Source: Octopus vulgaris (taxonomy: Eukaryota). From it: a stretch of 64,000 nucleotides of DNA. The stretch covers positions 66,588,001 through 66,652,000 of the forward strand of contig OX597816.1 in assembly GCA_951406725.2 (NCBI GenBank). Reading direction: 5' to 3'. Below the pieces are notes generated by a model. That model ran no database searches. It saw nothing but the letters and a program-made list of their open reading frames with translations, and was not told the origin of the DNA. Numbering within the stretch: the stretch's first letter is position 1; the number at the start of each line of letters is the position of its first letter. The position numbers and the translations under genes are program-made. Positions 60,911 through 64,000 of this stretch are shown piece by piece.

Positions 60911-62255
60911 TAAATGGTTATTTCTGTTTGGATACAGTAGTATATCGGAAGAGAACAGCAACTTGGGGATCTACCCAATCCTTAATTTAAACTCAAAATA
61001 TATCAAGTGTTTTTGTAGGAAGTTCAACATATATGGCTAAGCCGGATCCGTCCTACACTCAGCAAAACCGGACAAATATGAATATTAGTATATTAAACTT
61101 ATTAATGGTTAACCTAAGATTGAAAAGTATGTATATGGTTATATTTTAAACAGTTTTCGTGCAGTATAAAGCATCTGTAAAAGTAGTGTGTGTGGGAACA
61201 ATGTAGAGCCAGGAAAAATTAACGCGAAATGCGACTAACACTTCTCGACGCCGCAAGTCACGTATCTTGTACCGGAAACTACAGATGTAATTCTAGCAAG
61301 TATTCGAAGTATTGTAGAACTGAATTTTTTTTATATATCAGCCTTTCCATTGGCTATTGGAAGCCTCTCCAATGGTCACTAAGCCTACTAGAAATGGCAG
61401 CTAGATTTCCTTTAAACCACATCTTACTGTGTTTTTAAGAACACACATTAGACCATTACACACTGCAACCCCAGAGATCCATATAAAGGTTGAATAATCG
61501 CAAAGGGAATGCTTTTGATCATAGATCTGCTTGATTATGGTTGACCTGGTGCTAAATAACTTTCAGAGAGATGGATTTTGGTAGGGTTACTCAATGCTGA
61601 TGCACTAAAGACAGTCTTCACGACAATTAAATTGGTTACAACACTAAGAGAAGGTTCAAACTATATTTTCCAGCAATAAATTTGGTTAATTAGTGAACAC
61701 GTCTGGCCGTGAGGAAATATTACCTTGCTTGGAAACAGGTGTAAGTTAGCAAAAGGAAGGGCGTTCAGCTGTAGAAAGTCTACCTCGACAAATTCCACCG
61801 AGCATAGAAAAGTGGACTTTAAAATGATAATGGATGATGATGATGAATGCCCGTTAATACTAAATTAAACTGGTGCTTAGGCTTGTAGTTTGTAATGTCA
61901 AGTCTATAAATTATGAATCCGCCATTGCGCCAGATACCAGTCTCAGTTCGAAGTGGTCGTTAATTCTCTGACAATCTGGCACCTATTCTCAACACTCGGA
62001 GATAGCCGAATGAGGGAGCCATCTATACCGTCGCTTGATCTATTCCTGATAGCACACTAACTTAAAACACACAGACACAGAGGCTAATATAGAATCCTAT
62101 ATACGCGAGGTTTGTTTTTAAAAGAGACAAATAGGTCGAAATTGGAAGCTTTTGATCACGTGTACTCCCAAACTACCAAAAACAACGACCATTACAAAGT
62201 GGATTGAAACAATACAAGTGACCTGTCTAATGAGAGTGAGACACAACGAAAGGTG

Positions 62256-62944
62256 GGCATGAACACTTTGGCACAGCCATTTTGGTGCCTCTTAACTGGC
62301 GTCACTGATTTGACGCTGACTTTATTTGACATCTAATGTTTCATTGTTTCTCTCGTTCCCATCCCATCTCGGATCTTTTCCTTTTGAACGGCAGACAATT
62401 CCTAGATAACTAAACACTTTAAAATTTCGTATACTGGTAGAATGTGTCAAAATAAAACATTTTTTTCTCTTGGCTTTCTTGAGAAAATTGTAATTTGTTT
62501 GTTTAACGTAGTTTAATTTTTCGAATTTTAACCAATCCTATGCTCTCTTTTGAGAGTTGAATGGAGGTAATCGATTGGTTAAAATTGCCGAAATGCTCGG
62601 ATTTTCAGACGAAATATCTTACAAACTATAGAATTTTCTCAATAAAACCAAGAGAAAATGATGTTTTATAAACACATTCTACCAGTATACGAAGTTTAAA
62701 AGTGTTTAGTTAACTAGAAATTGTGTTGACATCTGCCGTTCAAAAGGAAAAGATCCTCCCATCTCTGGTTAAATGTTCATGTCAACTGCGTTCAGCTAAT
62801 TGTCTTGTCTCTCACTTTAAAATGTACGTGTATATTTCTGCGTTATGTACTAGTTTGGCTAATGTTAAAAATTAGTGTCGTCCAAACTGGTTGGCCGTGC
62901 CAAGTCCTTTGCGTCCAAACAGCTACGCCAAATTGTCTCATTCC
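62256..62944. mobile_element. Older Mutator-like MITE containing a nested MITE
   Basis: Degenerate TIRs ggcatgaacactttggcac / ctacgccaaattgtctcattcc; ~11-bp TSD aac(g/a)aaaggtg. Confidence 0.65.
62371..62756. mobile_element. Mutator-like MITE (young)
   Basis: Perfect 9-bp TSD tcccatctc; ~120-bp TIRs ggatcttttccttttgaacggcaga... / ...tctgccgttcaaaaggaaaagatcc. Confidence 0.92.
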
Positions 62945-64000
62945 AACAAAAGGTGTAAGTGGATATGAATTCATGGCTCAGTAGTTTGCTATATCATTTG
63001 CTTAACATCAGCTCAAGCCTGACCAAGTCTTTTTCTTTTTTGAGACAGAAGGTGCAATTTAAACAAGTTATTTCGAGCAGGTCAAGTAAGTGACAAGAAG
63101 CTCACGAAGAGCTAAAACTCATCTAAGCAGAAGACCATTTTTATAGAGATGGACGCGTGGGATGATAGTGGTTGGAATGAATCGATCACTGACTTTCTGA
63201 TAGAATTAAAAGGTACAGTTTAACCCTAGTGGTAAACACAATTCGGAACCATAGGCTTTGGACTAGACGATACGACCCTAAATTGTCTAGCAAGCACTCT
63301 TAACTATCTGAGTCAGTCCAACTATCTTACGAAATAGATACGACACACTTGTTCGTTAGTTGTACAGATTAAACTGAGAACAGCAACAACATCAACAATA
63401 ATGCCGGTAAACGTATTAGTTTGTATCTACATCCTATATGTGGTTAACACAGTTCTAGATGACCAGGTCGTAGAAAGGGTGGAGAAACAAACACATACAG
63501 TCTGAAGTTTATTATTGCCTTCGTCTGCAATAATCTAAGACAGCTGTAAACTGGGGATGGAGTGGATGATGATTGGTGTTAGTGGTTGTTGAGAATGCAT
63601 AATCTTCTGCTTATGAACTGCAGCAGACGGTAGTAACATCTGCAGACAAATTTCGGTATCCAGCGTCTTTGGCGTACATGCATGTGTACAAATGAAAGCA
63701 GAGATACATTGTATACAAGAAAGTGTATGCGTGTCTGTATTTGTAATTGTGCATGTGTAAGACTGGGTGAGTGTGAAAGTAATTGATGGTGTGTGTGTGT
63801 AAGTGAAAAAGTTTGTGTTACTTTGAAAGTATGTATAATAATGAATATGGGTGTGTACAAGAGAATTTAACGTAAGATACTGTGTGCTAGCGCTTAATTC
63901 ACTGCGTATAAAAGTTCGTTTAGTATCGTGTGTGTGTTTGCGACTATGTAAGTTACCATCCAAGCAATAAATAGATATAAAGACAAGAGCAGAAAGGAGA

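Noticed and set aside
63535-63963. 142-aa minus-strand His/Thr-rich ORF
   Set aside because: Derived from degenerate (CA)n-rich sequence; no domain features.

Overview
AT-rich, repeat-dense eukaryotic DNA, not prokaryotic. The tRNA-headed SINE families and abundant (TA)n/(CA)n/(TAA)n microsatellites look like an octopus (coleoid cephalopod) genome; this is inferred from repeat recognition, not from a search. No intact protein-coding gene is visible, and almost all ORF-track entries are SINE or microsatellite read-throughs. The recognisable coding remnants are all dead transposons: two RTE LINE fragments, an internally deleted RTE, an R4/Dong-type restriction-like-endonuclease LINE in (TAA)n, and a mariner transposase. 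Non-autonomous elements include four SINE-like families (working names A-D), several Helitrons (one family has a fully palindromic 3' end), a Helentron-type HINE, and piggyBac-, hAT- and Mutator-type MITEs with visible TSDs. There is also a 2-kb higher-order tandem array built from a SINE-internal module, an 85-bp-arm hairpin and a 51-bp minisatellite. Several minus-strand splice-signal-bounded segments (41539-41719, 31340-31360, 5995-6068), plus an apparent rise in CpG beyond ~58 kb, suggest the window is mostly the 5' introns of a large minus-strand gene. That gene would start near 58.5-59.6 kb, with its coding part continuing left of the window. Coordinates were read by eye and repeat edges are approximate.
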